A stretch of 64,000 bases of DNA from Tubiluchus corallicola (lineage: Eukaryota > Animalia > Priapulida). The position numbers and the translations under genes were made by a program. The notes below the pieces were generated by a model. It was given only the letters and a program-made list of their open reading frames with translations. It made no database searches and was not told the origin of the DNA. Every line of letters starts with the position of its first letter. Positions within the stretch are counted from its first letter, which is position 1. The stretch is taken from assembly GCA_030141605.1 (NCBI GenBank), contig JAQGDQ010000887.1:19571-83570 (forward strand). Direction: 5' to 3'. Shown here in pieces: positions 39,106 through 52,167 of this stretch.

Positions 39106-40887
39106 TCTCTCTCTCTCTCTTTTTTTCTCTCCCCCTCTCTCTCTCTTTCTTTCTCTCCCCCTCTCTCTCTCTCCCTCTCTCACTCACCTTCTTTTTTAAT
39201 TTAATTCTTTCTCTCTTCCCTCAGTTTTTGTTTTCCTTTCTCTGTCTAATTTCTGATATAGATCTTTTTTTAAAATCTTGCATTATTACCATCGCCGTTA
39301 TCGTGTTGCAGAATTTTTTATTTGTCTTGGTTCTAGCAAAACTAAAGAAACGGGTTTTTAAAATTTTAGGTAAAACAATAAAATCATCCCTAGTGACGAG
39401 TCACAAGTTGACGTATTTGTTGCAACGACAAATGGATGTATCCGGTTCTATGTAGTTGGACAAATACGTTTAAAGTCTCGTGATAACTTTAATTATTATA
39501 AGGCTTTTTAATGTTGCTGAGTAATTTGTGATTACGCACAGTAATTGTCATTACTGTGACAGGGTGAGTGGCTTTTCAATGTTTGACCTTACCGTAAGTG
39601 TTACTGACAATTGTTTATAGTTCAAATTTTCCGAGAAAAGTCTTTCACAAATTCACTGTATAACATTCACGGAACCTCAACTCTACCAAACACATCGGAG
39701 CTACCCTGTAGTACAGTATAGTAACATCTTTATTTGCCATAGTAGTTAAAAAACATACACTGTTGGTGGCAAATGCGTCAGTGCAAAAACTAAACTACAG
39801 GTGCAAAAAATATAACTTTAAACTTGAACTTTGCATATTTTACATATTTACAAACTGCCTATCAGCGAAATTAAGTCGGTTAATATGGCCTGGGGTAAAT
39901 GAATTCTGCATTAGTGTGTAAGTTGTCATATTGGTAAGATGCATATTCAAATATTGACATCATTAATGCTTTTGTTTTGGTTTTGAATGCGGTTAATCAT
40001 TTAATACGTTTGATTTCGACTAGTAGTGAATTCCAGAGCGTTTTTTGCTATTGAATTGTGTCCAAAGGTTCTAGTTTGTTTCAATTCAGTATTCTGGCAT
40101 TTTTTGAGTAGTGCTAATTTCTTACTTTTGAATGGAATACTTAAATTATTTATATATTTTTGAGTTGAAAATGAATAATAATGTATATAATAATGATAAT
40201 CTTTATGGGCTTCTATGATTGCATTTTTAGTTGGCTTCTTAAGTATTGCGGTTTTATTATTTACAAGTCTTTGTAAGTAATAAAAATTTATTGCTACAAA
40301 GCCCTATTTTTTATTTTTCGTTTTCGTGAATTGTTTTAATTGTTCTTAGTTTTTAGACTAATAAGTGCATTAATATTTGCCATTAATTATGAATAAGACT
40401 AGAAGAATAATAGAATAATAGAAGAATGATCGAAGACCCAAACAGACTGGCGTCGAACTCATACAATCTCCTTCAAAAACTTTCTTCCAACAACTTGGTC
40501 TCACAAGCTTAAATATCATGCGATCAGCTAGCGGTGCGTTCTTGTATCATTTAGCTTCCACTTTGTTTCTCAGGGCTGTGGACTCTTCCAAAAAAACAAA
40601 AGAGAAAACAAATATAAAACAAATATGTGGCTTTATGTTCCTGTAAATAAGTGAGGGAAGAATGCATTTAACTATAATATTATTTGAATAAATTATAAAT
40701 TATTATAGTAAATAATTATTATTAATTATTTATAAGTTATTTATTATATTTATTATATTATTTATTATAGTTAATAATTATTATTAGTAAATAAATTATT
40801 GAGCAAGCCAGACAAAAGTTAGAGAGACAGAGAGAGAGGGAGGGAGAGAGACAGGAGAGAGAGAGAGGGAGAGAGAGAGAGGGGGGG

Positions 40888-41183
40888 AATTATGACACTG
40901 CCTGGTAATAAATTAACTTTTATCTTTGTATGCTAAGCAAAGACTTTACAAGGTCCATTTAATATTTTTATGCAGGCAATTTTTCCCCCAGAAAATATAG
41001 CTTCAAAAAACACATTAGGCCTAGTTTTCAAATTAGGCCACGAAAACTAGGCCTAATGTGTTTTTTGAAGCTATATTTTCTGGGGGAAAAATTGCCTGCA
41101 TAAAATTATTAAATGGGTCTTGTAAAGTCTTTGCCTAGCGTACAAAAATAATAGTTAATTTATTACCAGGCAGTGTCATAATT
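40888..41183. repeat. Long inverted repeat / fold-back (142-bp arms, 12-nt spacer)
   Basis: 40888-41029 is the reverse complement of 41042-41183 with 7 mismatches and no indels. Spacer AAATTAGGCCAC. Confidence 0.95.
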
Positions 41184-41543
41184 AAATATTTAAACTTAAT
41201 TACCTGGCTGCATTCTCGGGTAACTTAAAGAAACAGCTTACAGTTTCAACTGTCTGCTAACACACCTGTGTGTGACCAGCCCATAATTCTCTGTCGCTAG
41301 GGCGGCACAAACTGCGCGAACGGCTGCGCAGTCGAAATTTTCTACTGTGGCTCTCTAGTTTTGACGACTGAGTGACCTAAGCTTGTCAAGACTGGAGCTG
41401 TGATAATGCGGTTTTAGCAATTTAGCCGCATGCGCAATGCCGACAAACAGTATGGCAGATTGTGATTCGTGAAGAAATTATTATTAAGAGAAATTATTTA
41501 TGTACCCATAATTTAAATACCTCACATTTAAATTTTTTGTAAA

Positions 41544-44500
41544 ATGTCAACTAAAAATTACTTTACGAAGCTAGGGCGCAATCTCACAAGAGCGGATGCA
41601 GACAATTGCTTCTCATTCTTTGATATTGATAGGTAAGGACCGGTATTGTAAATTTTTGGCGTTTTGGACTGGCGCTTCTAACAACACGAAAATGTCTTCA
41701 AATCCTTTCAAAAGTTGCAAGAGTACTAGCATATAAAAATGCTTTTAACGCACTCCCCTCAGTTCTTCTTTAAAGGACTTAACATTTGGGGCATTAACAA
41801 TATCACTGCCTAGATTGTTCCATTTTTGCACAACATGGTTGGAGAAAAAATGCTTCCTTATATTTGTACGTGAATATCTGACGTAGTTTTCGCCCATGAC
41901 CACGTATCTCTCTATATGGATGTTCAAAGAAATTATACGGATCCAAGACTGCGTTCCCATTCAATGTCTTAAACATGTTGACCAGAACAATCGTGTCACG
42001 TCTGTCCTCCAAGGTAGAAATATTGTTAAGATCCGGATCGCTAGCAAGACATAGACAAGACCTTTCCAACTCTTTAAAGTACGTATTCGTCTGTACAAAA
42101 AACTTTTAGCAATTAAATGGCCTGACAATATCCAATGGTAATCTGTATAATATGGTGAAGAAGCACCCTTGAGGTATTAAAAATTAAATAAGAAAACTGC
42201 ATTGGATTTGTTTTCATATGTCAGACAACAAGAAACTCTCGACAACCAGCAGAACACTATAGTACCAAAAAAGTCCGAATTAAAATAGTGCCGGATATTG
42301 TTACAGGATTTGGCATGTACTAAAACTATACCTCGGGAATTTCCTCTTCCTGTGGTACAGAAGTTCATGAAACGTAAGATTGTTGAAACGACAAAAAAGC
42401 CAAGAAGGGATCAACTACTGATGTATATAGAGATATACTGCAAGAAAATTTAGCAAGTGCAACTGTAGTTTTGAGCGATGATGCGAGTGATAGTAGCAGA
42501 TAGGAGTGCCTGTTATTAACAGGTGGAGCTTGCCGTGTTTAAGTATATATAAGCACACAAACAACGAAGCAATGTCTATGTTAAATAATTATGGTCGATA
42601 AATTGTAAATTGGAAGTTGACACAGTGCAGAATGTGATTACAATAAAATTTATTTAACCTCTTAATCAGCACTGAAAGTAAAAAATTCTCCTAAAAACTA
42701 ATAAATAACTAAATAAAGCTATATACCGTTTGTCCCAATGTGTATGTGAGGTGTTTCTGAAAAAAAGTCCAGGTACACCAAAAAGTTTACGCTGCCGAAT
42801 CTTTTCATTCAGGCTTTTTAGTTATTTCTAGAGGTTGTTGGAAGTTGAATGACAATCTCAAAGAGAGGTTGGATTTATGTTTTGCATTCATGTGATTAAA
42901 TTTTCATGTTTGATTTTATATTACTATTAAAACTATCATTAATGATAATTATTTTTACGTTAATTGACCTCATGATAAATTAATATTACTATGATTATTT
43001 ATTAGTAGTAATAAAACTGTTATTATTATTAATCCTGAGAAAAACTAAAGTGTAGTGTTGCATCAAAATTCTGAAACAGCAAGGTTCACTCTGAACCAAA
43101 ACAAATTTTCAGTTTATTTTGTTTCTTTTGGTAGAAAAAATTTGGTGACGTTTTGTGTCTGCGACTTCTGCTTTGGCTAAAAAAGCGTCATCATTAAGCA
43201 GTCCAACTAGGTCTGACTGGGTTGAGCACATTCGAATGTTGTTTTATGGCATTTTTTTACTTTTACAGTAAAAAAAATTGCTAGTTTAAACACACATTCA
43301 CTCTGCAGTTCTAAAAAGCTAAGGTCCAGAAAAGCTGTGTAACTTCATATTTATTAAGACAGCAATTTTGCCAGCCTGGAAACTAGAAGTTAAAATGCAG
43401 GTGATGGGTTAATTAAAATTTAGTGCATCATAACCATCCAGAATAAGTTACCATTAACATAAAGATGTACAATTATGATTTACCCCAGGTGTGAGTCTTT
43501 TTAAGTCTGTTATTACCATAAATAAAAGAGTAAATGATTGGAATTATGGCTTTATTCCAGTTTAAAGAGCAGCGCCATTCCAATTACAAGTTAAGGTGCA
43601 TTGCCTAAGAGAACACCAAACCAAAGTGTTGTAACAGGCATAGATGTTAATTAGTTACTCAATATTATATATAACAAAGTCTCATGCTTGAAATAGAAAT
43701 TTCAGCTTCTTAGTGCCTCAATGCTGCAAACGAAATAGTTTGATTTAAATCGAAATCTCAAACCTCAACAACTGAATCCGAATTACCTGTTTGTTGAATT
43801 TTTAAATAGCTCAGACATAGGACATTCACTTTTCTGTGTTTGTAAACAGGTGATTAGGAGTGTATTAAATGCAAAAAGGAGTGAAATAGATTAGATAAGT
43901 TGAGGATACAGTCTAAACAACTTATAAACTGAGCTTATGTGAGTGGCCTTCATATTGCTCGAGCAAGTTGTTATCACACGATGTAAAATTTGCCAACTTG
44001 CCTCTTTTTGGCATTTCACATGAAAGAGTCGTGGTATCAGTGGCGGATTATGATTTTATGGGCCTTAGGCTTGAGCTTGGAACGGGCCTTTTAAATGTTG
44101 CTACACTGCTGAGCTGACGTGTTTTTGTGGAGCTCTCGTCGTTTGTAAGTTTGTTTAATTTTGTGAGTTTTTGCCCACCGATTGTGATAAAAATTATATC
44201 TTCTTGATCCTTGAGTTGTGGACTAGGACTATATAAACACGATTACGGCTTGGTGAGTTTCTGGGTTAGATGTCAACTAAAATAAGCCAATCAGAAACTC
44301 GGGTCCCTTGCTCTTTTGTCAATTTATTATTTTTTTTTACAAAAAAAAAATTTTTCCGTTTTATTTTGCCGGGCCCCTTTTGATCCCGGGCCTTAGGCTT
44401 CAGCCTATAGGGTTATCCGCTACAGCGTGGTATTACACAAATTTCTCTATATTGTTTCTCCACATTCATCGTAGTCTATAGTTCAAATAAATTTATTTTA

Positions 44501-47500
44501 GAGATGGATACCTTAACAAGAAAGAACTTGGAGCATTGATTAGTGATCTGATTTGCTCAAGTGAAGGCAAGACCTACCTTTCTACTGATGAACAGATATC
44601 TCAAATAATTAGCCTTCTTTGTTCTGCCAAGGTAAAACTTGTGTAGCTACATGTTTTTCTAAATCATTTTATTAGTTGTGAGTAGTAAATATCTTATATA
44701 ATGGTAGTATTTAAGTGATATCTAGTTGTTAAAGGCCGAATGTAGGAAAGTTTGATGCTGGTAAGTTTGGTAAAGGTAATTTTGGTACGAGGAAATTTGG
44801 TATCAGGAAAATTTGGTGCTATATTGGTACAGTACAAGGAAGTTTTGGTAAGTACTAGGAAAATTTGGTACTAAGAAAGTCTGGGACTAGAAAATTTAGT
44901 ACTAAACAAAAGAGAGAGCATTTCTATATCTTAGTATAAAATAATTGTTTCAACTAGAAAATAGAGAAGTTTATTCAGTAGGGAGGAAATATGGTTCTAG
45001 GAGGGCATGGTTTATAAAAAAAGTTCATAAAACATTATACTGTAATTAATAGTGCCATAATAATAATTATTGGCAGCTAAAATTTTACCCGTGATTATTC
45101 CATCCATGTAGGTATGTTTGAGAATTCTTTCAGCAAAAAATGAAAGGCCTCCAACTCACTATGCAAATGTTCAAAAAAGCTCGATCAACTTGTTTTTCGG
45201 GACAACTTTCTCTGTTTTTTTTTTACAAAAATGTCAAACTGAGATAAGAACATGGCATTGATGGCTAATGATAACACTGGACAGAAACGTCCTGCATAAG
45301 CATTGTTTGGTTTCCCATAAGGCCTGCAGTATGGAGTGAGAACTGTACTTCTTGATAATGATGATGTTGGTGATGAAGATGGTGACAGTGGTGTAATGAT
45401 GATGTAATAATGATGACGAAATCATTGATAATAATGGTTATGACGTGGCAGTGATTATGGTGACATTGATTCAGATCAGTTCCCATTTAGTGGAAAATCC
45501 ATGAAAAGCAGCAGCAACAACAACAACAACGACATCGACAATAACAAGACAACAAAATGACAAAAGTAACAGTGGTGGCATGATGACAGCAATAATGGTG
45601 ATGATGATAATGATGGTGGTGGTGGTGGTGGCGGTGGTGGTGGTGGCAGTAATCACAACAAAAGAGGGATATAGTTCTTGGGGAAGAAATGAGGCAACTG
45701 ACTTTGCATGAATTTTTGTAACTTTTAATGGTAATGATCATATTTTTGTGATTTTTGATTTTTGATTTTTTCGTTAATTCACTTATATAAATTATGCTTC
45801 TTAATTAATTGCACGTAGGTATTTTTGACATTAATTCGTCTCTGAAATTCATTTAATGCCTTTACAATGCATACTAAGGTGATGGGTGATGACTCATTTT
45901 TGTACAGAAGTAATATACTAAACCCATTGGCTCATTCGGTTAATTGGGTCAAAACACTTTCGTCCCAAAGTGAGTCTATTAAGCGATGCCTACTGTGGTT
46001 ACCAAACTTACCACAAACTCCTCAAAATAGAACATACGTTAAAAAATTAAATATACGTAGATGCATAACTTTATCTCTGTTTCTGGATCTTTATATTGCA
46101 GACTATGGATTGGTAACTTGGTCGAAAATTAATTAATCCAAATTTATGTCATATGGCTTTTAATAGTACATATGTTAAAAAATTCCTTCCATTGAAAAAG
46201 TTTTATTAGCTAAAATCTAACCATTTTATTGCAATTTTAAATGTAAACTTTTACTTTTAATAATTATACCAAGCCTGCACGTTTCATGTGTTATACTGAT
46301 TTTGTGATGTATGATGCCATTATAATCATTGTTATCTTATTTTTTGTTATTTAGGATGTCCGATTGGGCAAAGAAAAATTTTACACAGTATGGGACACTT
46401 GGATATGCAAGGTAGAGTTATAGCGCTCAGTTATTATAGATACTTTTTGGCGATACAGTTATTTAAAAAAAAATTAAATAGTATTTTTGTAAGTTATCTG
46501 AAGTTGACAATTTGTATATTACTGCAAACATGCACGTCCTTCTTCAAAACATTAAGTTGTGAGGCACAGTAAAAATTTTTGAATGAAAAACCTGGTAGAT
46601 TATTTCAATAACCAACAAATGCAGACTCAGGTTCATTCACTGATATTTTATAACTGCAAATTAGTGTAACACTTATATACTAGCACATTCGCGAAAGCGA
46701 CTATGTAATGATGTGAAAATAACATATTGTAAGCACTTATACAGCCTCTGTATAGGTTAAAGCATTATAGCTAAACAGCCAAAATTACATTGTCTGTATG
46801 GGCACCGAGCATAAGGTTCAGTTTAGGTATGCACCGAATTTTCCGATCACTGAATTTTTTCCCCGGAACATCAACATAAAAATCTGGCCTGGTAAACTTC
46901 GGTTGTAATCACTACATTTTTGGTGAACCTTCGGCATGCCGAAGATACTTTTCTAATAATTGTCACATTCGGTGAAAATTATATTAAACAAACTGAATAT
47001 TTCCCAGTAATGCTTATAAATCCGAAAAAAGCTGTTAGTAAGCGGCAAACGTGGCGAAACAGTTTACATTTTGCTTTCTGTTTCTGCATGGAAACTCGAA
47101 GAAAGGGATGCGCCGTTTGTAGAAATGATAGCTCGTAGCTAAAATTAATGCTGTTTCAGAATATTTTAGCCATTGTTTTAATACGAAACAAACATATGTA
47201 ATTTTAGTGTTGTAATTTGTAATTGCAATTTTACACACACAAACGTACGAAAATTTATTCATAAACTTGATAAAATCCTTAACAAAAAAATATTTTTTGC
47301 TTACCAGTTTTTGCTAAATTGATGCAGTTGAAAAATTGTCAGTACACGGTAAGCACGTGACAACTGACAACAAACTTTCTGAGCGATAGCACTTTCTCTG
47401 CCTAACAGCAGGTGCTAGCAGTGCAGCGTGAAACGTCTTATCTAAGATATGTGCACATGGCTGCATGCGCAGAACAGTGAAACATCATGTTACTGGAGCC

Positions 47501-50500
47501 GTGATTGCATTATGCTGGGCTATGAAGCAAATAGTACTACCCTAATGTGCTTTGGTTCCGTACAAGTAAAGAAAGAATTAAAGGAAAAGACTTATTATAT
47601 TGAATATTATCGATAATACCGAGTGAAAACAGGGGGTGCTGCAGTTCCACATTACCTATACATGAGCCGCTACTGAGTACACAAGTCATGTCGATGCGGA
47701 ATAGCATATCGGTGCTGTATTTGCTTATACACAATGAAATAAATCAGCGAGAACTCGAACTAATGAACAATTATGGTATTGCAGATTTGCTTTAGTACCT
47801 ATTTTATTGATTACACAAAATAATTTGAACAGCTTTTCAAAGAGTTAGAGCTGCATTTAAAATACTTAATACTTTACTACATAGCATTAACCGTTAAACA
47901 CAAACACAGATTTAGTAATCAGAACAATTTTACACCGCTCACCAATCACCACTACCTTAAACCAATGAACGATATAGAGTTTATGATTCCCTTCAACTGG
48001 AATTACAAGAAAATTTGCTTCAGTTTCGGTAAAAAATTTTGTTTGGCTTCCGCCTGGTATTCGATTTTAATTTGATATTTGATTCAGAATTCGATTTGGC
48101 AACATGGTCGATCATTGTGTTAAGCTTCAGTTCGGTGACACCCAAGCATAAAAAATCGGCTTCAATTAAACTGATGAAAATATACATTTGGTGCATCCCA
48201 TAACTGCTGTTGCCTTAACACAGAGATAATTAAAACTTTATGGGCAAAAATTTGTGAAATTGTGATGCCTACCATAATTTTGCTGTTTTAAATTCACATG
48301 TTAAAAACTGGGTGTAGATTTATAGTAAAGTAGGAAAGCTTAACCAATGCTCATATTATGTGCAAATATACACATTCTTCAATTCCGTGCAGTACTGTGA
48401 GCTCAAAGTGTTGAAATACGAGCAAGCAATTATCAAAACGATTTGAATACAGGACGAATGAAATTTTCCAAATTATGAAAATTTGTTTTCTTTTATGTGA
48501 AAGCAGCAGCCTAGTCATTCTCTAATTCATTATAGGTCATTTGTCCTGTCTCTGCACTGCTCATAGTCGATGTTCAAAATGATTTCATATCTGGATCTTT
48601 ATCTCTGTCAAACTGTCCAGCCAAGCATAATGGCGCTGATGTTGTTCCAGTGTTAAACAGGTACTGTTAAGTGATGATGTTAGAATTGTTTAAAATCATC
48701 AAACATAGTTACCCATCAAGAAGTTTAGCCGTGACATTATATTTTAGATTAAAAATTCACAATTGCAGAATATTAACAAGTGAATTAATTTATCTTTTGC
48801 TTTCTAGTTTGAGGCAAATTAATTTTGTTCTTGCAGCTTTGTGTACTAAAATAAGTAAAGAAAACTGATTGTTGGAAGGTGTTCCATGACTCCGTCAATC
48901 ATAAAAGTATTGCATGTTCAAAATATTACAAGCAGAGAAATTTAGTAACGTTCGTAATGTATATTATAAGATTCTAATTTAGTTTATTAAATGCATAAGT
49001 AGTTGCCTATGTGTCAAGTAAATTCATATGTTTTTATGCTCAAGAAGAAAGTACAGATTTTTTTAAAAAAACAAGAGCTATCAGATTCGTCATTTACTGC
49101 AGTAGTATAAACTGCAGCTATAGTGAGTCACCAAAATATTTGTTTCGCTTTTGAAATCTTGCCTGAAAATTTGTTGTCAATAGTGCTACAATAAAAATAT
49201 GTAGATTTGCGATAATTTTGCATAAGGGATGTTGCACTTTTTTTCTAAACCTATTTTTTCTATTTTTTTTTTGTAAAATTCACTATCACCTTTTTAACTT
49301 CTTTACAGATTGCTGTCTGATGTTAAGTTTGACATGGTTGTGTACACTCAGGACTGGCATCCAGAAAATCATTGTTCGTTTATTGACAATCTTCATCTTC
49401 GAAAATTCCACGAAAGAAGCAAAAAGGTAGTGGTTATTATTTAGATACCTAATTGATATTCATATTTTTATGTGAGTAAACCAATACATTTTCAATGGCC
49501 ATCTTGACCTGTCAATAATCAACTTTGTTTTTTCTTATCATTTTACATGTTAGTAATAGTAATAGTAACAGTGGTTAAATAATATCATGATCGGTGATTT
49601 TAGACTTTCTTTTGAGATACATCCGCTCACTGTTTTCATATACATTTCAGAAAAATATAGCCGACATACATGTATTGGATGTGGTTGTTTTTGATGACAA
49701 GTATCAACTGGACCAGATAATGTGGCCAAGACATTGTCAGCAGAATTCTCGGGGTGCCGAACTTCATCCTGACTTACAAGTAAATTCCATCAAAAACTCT
49801 GCCAAATACAGTAATCGGCGGTACTTTGATAGTCTTATTTGCTGTATCGTCACTACGTTTGGTTATAAACTGCTTACCTACAGTTCATTTCCAGGTACCT
49901 TTTTAGTACTCAATGCTTTGCCATTAAGCTTACCCTGGATATTCTTAGGTGCAGGATAGCTTCTTATAAGTCAGTTTTTCTTTGGATCTCTTCTGTGGTC
50001 CGTTTACCAGAATTCTGATTGCCTGTTGACCACAACCTCTCTTACTTTACAAAGACTGTTACTTAGCAATTTACTCAGAAAAATTCCTGACTTGTATTTA
50101 AATTTTCACCTTTTACTATAACCTCTTACCCTGAGTGGCCACAAGCATTGTGTGGGTGATTATAAATTAAACAAATTGCTTGATAACATTTGCAGGTAAT
50201 AGATGATGGTGTGAGAATAAAGAAAGGCTGTGATCCAGATATTGACAGCTATTCTGCTTTTTGGGACAACAAGAAGATATCTCAAACACTTTTGGCTCAG
50301 ATGCTACAAAAGAAGGGTGTCACTGATGTGTTTGTATGCGGTATAGCATATGATGTGTGTGTAGGTGAGAATTTTAGGTCATATTACAACTAACTCAACA
50401 GAAGTTTATTTATTTTTTGCCAAATTTTAGTAGTTTTGCATAGTTATGCATCTAGCTGGGCGGTAAGAAATAATAGAAATGTTAGATTGAAAGGCTCAAA

Positions 50501-52167
50501 GTAATTGTTAATATGTTTTAATATTTTTATCATTTTTCCAATTTTGAAGTCTATTTTTTCCAGTTCTTATTAACTTTTTTCCCAAAATCCGAAATCAATG
50601 AAGTTTTTGAAGAAATGAGTCGGAACAGCGAATGGAAGCAGTATCAGATATTAAAAGTAAAATAAGTGTTCTTTATTCAAAATTAAATGCCTCTTTTGTG
50701 AGGAGCATGGAACACTGAGTGTCATATCTCGAGAGCCTGTATATATCAGGGGCACAGAAAATGTGCTGTAATTTTGATTATATTATATTTATATTTGAAT
50801 ACAGCAGCTGATACAGTTTCTCACTTCTTTAATGGCTATTTGGTCCCTGCACTGAACAGTTTTAGCCTTTAGTTCCTTTGCATCATCTGTGTGGCTGTTG
50901 TACACTTTATTTTTGAGGGAATACCAGATACCTTAGTCTAGAGGATTAAGTGCCACTTTTTTCTTGACAACAAGTCCTTATCAGTGCTTTATATTCTATA
51001 CCGAAGACCATGATATAAACTGTTTGATTTTCTCTTCATTGTTTTGCTGCCATGTATTGAGTGCTTTATATGTCAATGTTTTTCGATTGATGATCAGTCG
51101 ATATTGATGTTTAAATTCTTTAATATACAAAATCTTTGCTGTCGTAAATTAAAAGCCAATAAAGCTATAATATAAACTGGTAACTTTCACCGTTGAAAGA
51201 GAATGTATTAAATACCACGGTGAGAAATTTCAACTTTGTATTGCAATGTTGCTTACAGCTAATATTATCGTAGTTTAAACTTCAGCACATTTTTTCTGAG
51301 CTACCTGATACAAACTACATGTAGAATATGTACTGTAAGAATACTGTGTAGAGATTATGTTTTATGGTTGGTTCATTCAAGTACTGTACCACTGCATAAA
51401 AGTTGCAACCGATCCAATGACTAGAATATCTACTGTAAGAATACTGTGTAGCGATTATGTTTTGTGGTTGGTTCAAGTACTGTACCACTACATAAAAGTT
51501 GCAACCGACTACCTCTAGTTGTTTAGAAAGTTAGCTGCTAGGGTGTCGTGGAGTTTAAGAACTAATCATATTACTCTAAATACGATGACCCCTTGTTTCC
51601 TATGTCAATTGTCACATATGTGTTATCATGGAAAAATGTGCTTTTGTTTAGGTGCCACTGCTGAACATTCTTTAGAATTTGGTTTTCGGACTTCTCTAAT
51701 TGAAGATGCAACTCGTGGTGTTGCCGAGGAAGGAATTGCAGATACCAGAAAAAAGCTTTTATCTTATGGAGCCTGTGCAATCAATTCTAAAGAGGTGTTT
51801 ATATCACAACATTTTATTTATAGGTAGCATCATGTGTTCTGTAGGATACTATACAGTCCTTCTTTTTGAATTCTTTATTATAATCAGTTGTTGACTACAT
51901 ATTAGTCAGACTTTTTAAGACTAAATGTTACCATGTGTTTCAGTGTATTGTTTTAAATTTTTATTTTGCTTTTGTGACATTTTTAGGTTCTGTTATATTA
52001 GTTGACTATTTTTATTTGTCTTCAAAAATTGTTATGTTTTGAAGTATAGCTAGACAACTAACGATGTTTACAATGTTTACAAATATTCTTAGGTTGCTGA
52101 TATGGTGTCCGGCAAAGACAGAAGAGAAGAATTGGCCGTTTTTGCCTTGAAAAATCAAAAGCTGTGA
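41544..52167 (+). CDS. Naam: Nicotinamidase (PncA/PNC1/Naam-like, isochorismatase fold) with N-terminal EF-hand, 344 aa, 9 exons: 41544-41632, 44502-44631, 46355-46411, 48536-48660, 49309-49426, 49651-49779, 50196-50364, 51652-51794, 52093-52167
   Basis: All introns are GT-AG and the phases join to 1035 nt. Motifs: ALLIVDVQNDFISGSL (catalytic Asp), YTQDWHPENHCSF and WPRHCQQ (metal ligands), IKKGCDPDIDSYSAF (catalytic Lys), GIAYDVCVGATA (catalytic Cys), EDATRGV. EF-hand loop DIDRDGYLNKKE spans exons 1-2. Confidence 0.93.
41745..42170 (-). mobile_element. CR1/L2-type LINE 3' fragment in nicotinamidase intron 1 (antisense)
   Basis: LEDRRD...MFKTLNG...RGHGRKL and, after a frameshift, NIRKHFFSNHVVQKWNNLGSDIVNAPNVKSFK: the typical CR1-clade ORF2 C-terminus. 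Confidence 0.82.
44038..44425. mobile_element. hAT-family MITE (388 bp) in nicotinamidase intron 1
   Basis: TIRs CAGTGGCGGATTA ... TTATCCGCTACAG, perfect 8-bp TSD CGTGGTAT (44030-44037, 44426-44433), subterminal GGGCCTTAGGCTT repeats. Confidence 0.85.
44757..44905. repeat. Degenerate ~15-bp tandem repeat (AGGAAAATTTGGTAC-like), probably a DNA-transposon end
   Basis: About 8 imperfect units in nicotinamidase intron 2. No matching opposite end was found. Confidence 0.45.
45340..45660. repeat. Low-complexity trinucleotide region (GAT/GGT/CAA) in nicotinamidase intron 2
   Basis: Mixed degenerate triplet runs. The His/Thr/Ile-rich ORFs here are artefacts of the repeats. Confidence 0.8.
46824..48200. 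mobile_element. Non-autonomous hAT-like DNA transposon (~1.38 kb) in nicotinamidase intron 3
   Basis: Ends TAGGTATGCACCGAA ... TTTGGTGCATCCCA, with multiple subterminal TTCGG/CCGAA motifs at both ends. TSD not recoverable. Confidence 0.6.
51322..51508. repeat. Local tandem duplication (~90 bp x2) in nicotinamidase intron 7
   Basis: TAGAATAT...GTTGCAACCGA at 51322-51412 and 51422-51508. Confidence 0.9.

Noticed and set aside
45234-45741. His-, Thr- and Cys-rich ORFs
   Set aside because: They come from intronic trinucleotide low-complexity sequence, with no splice or codon support.
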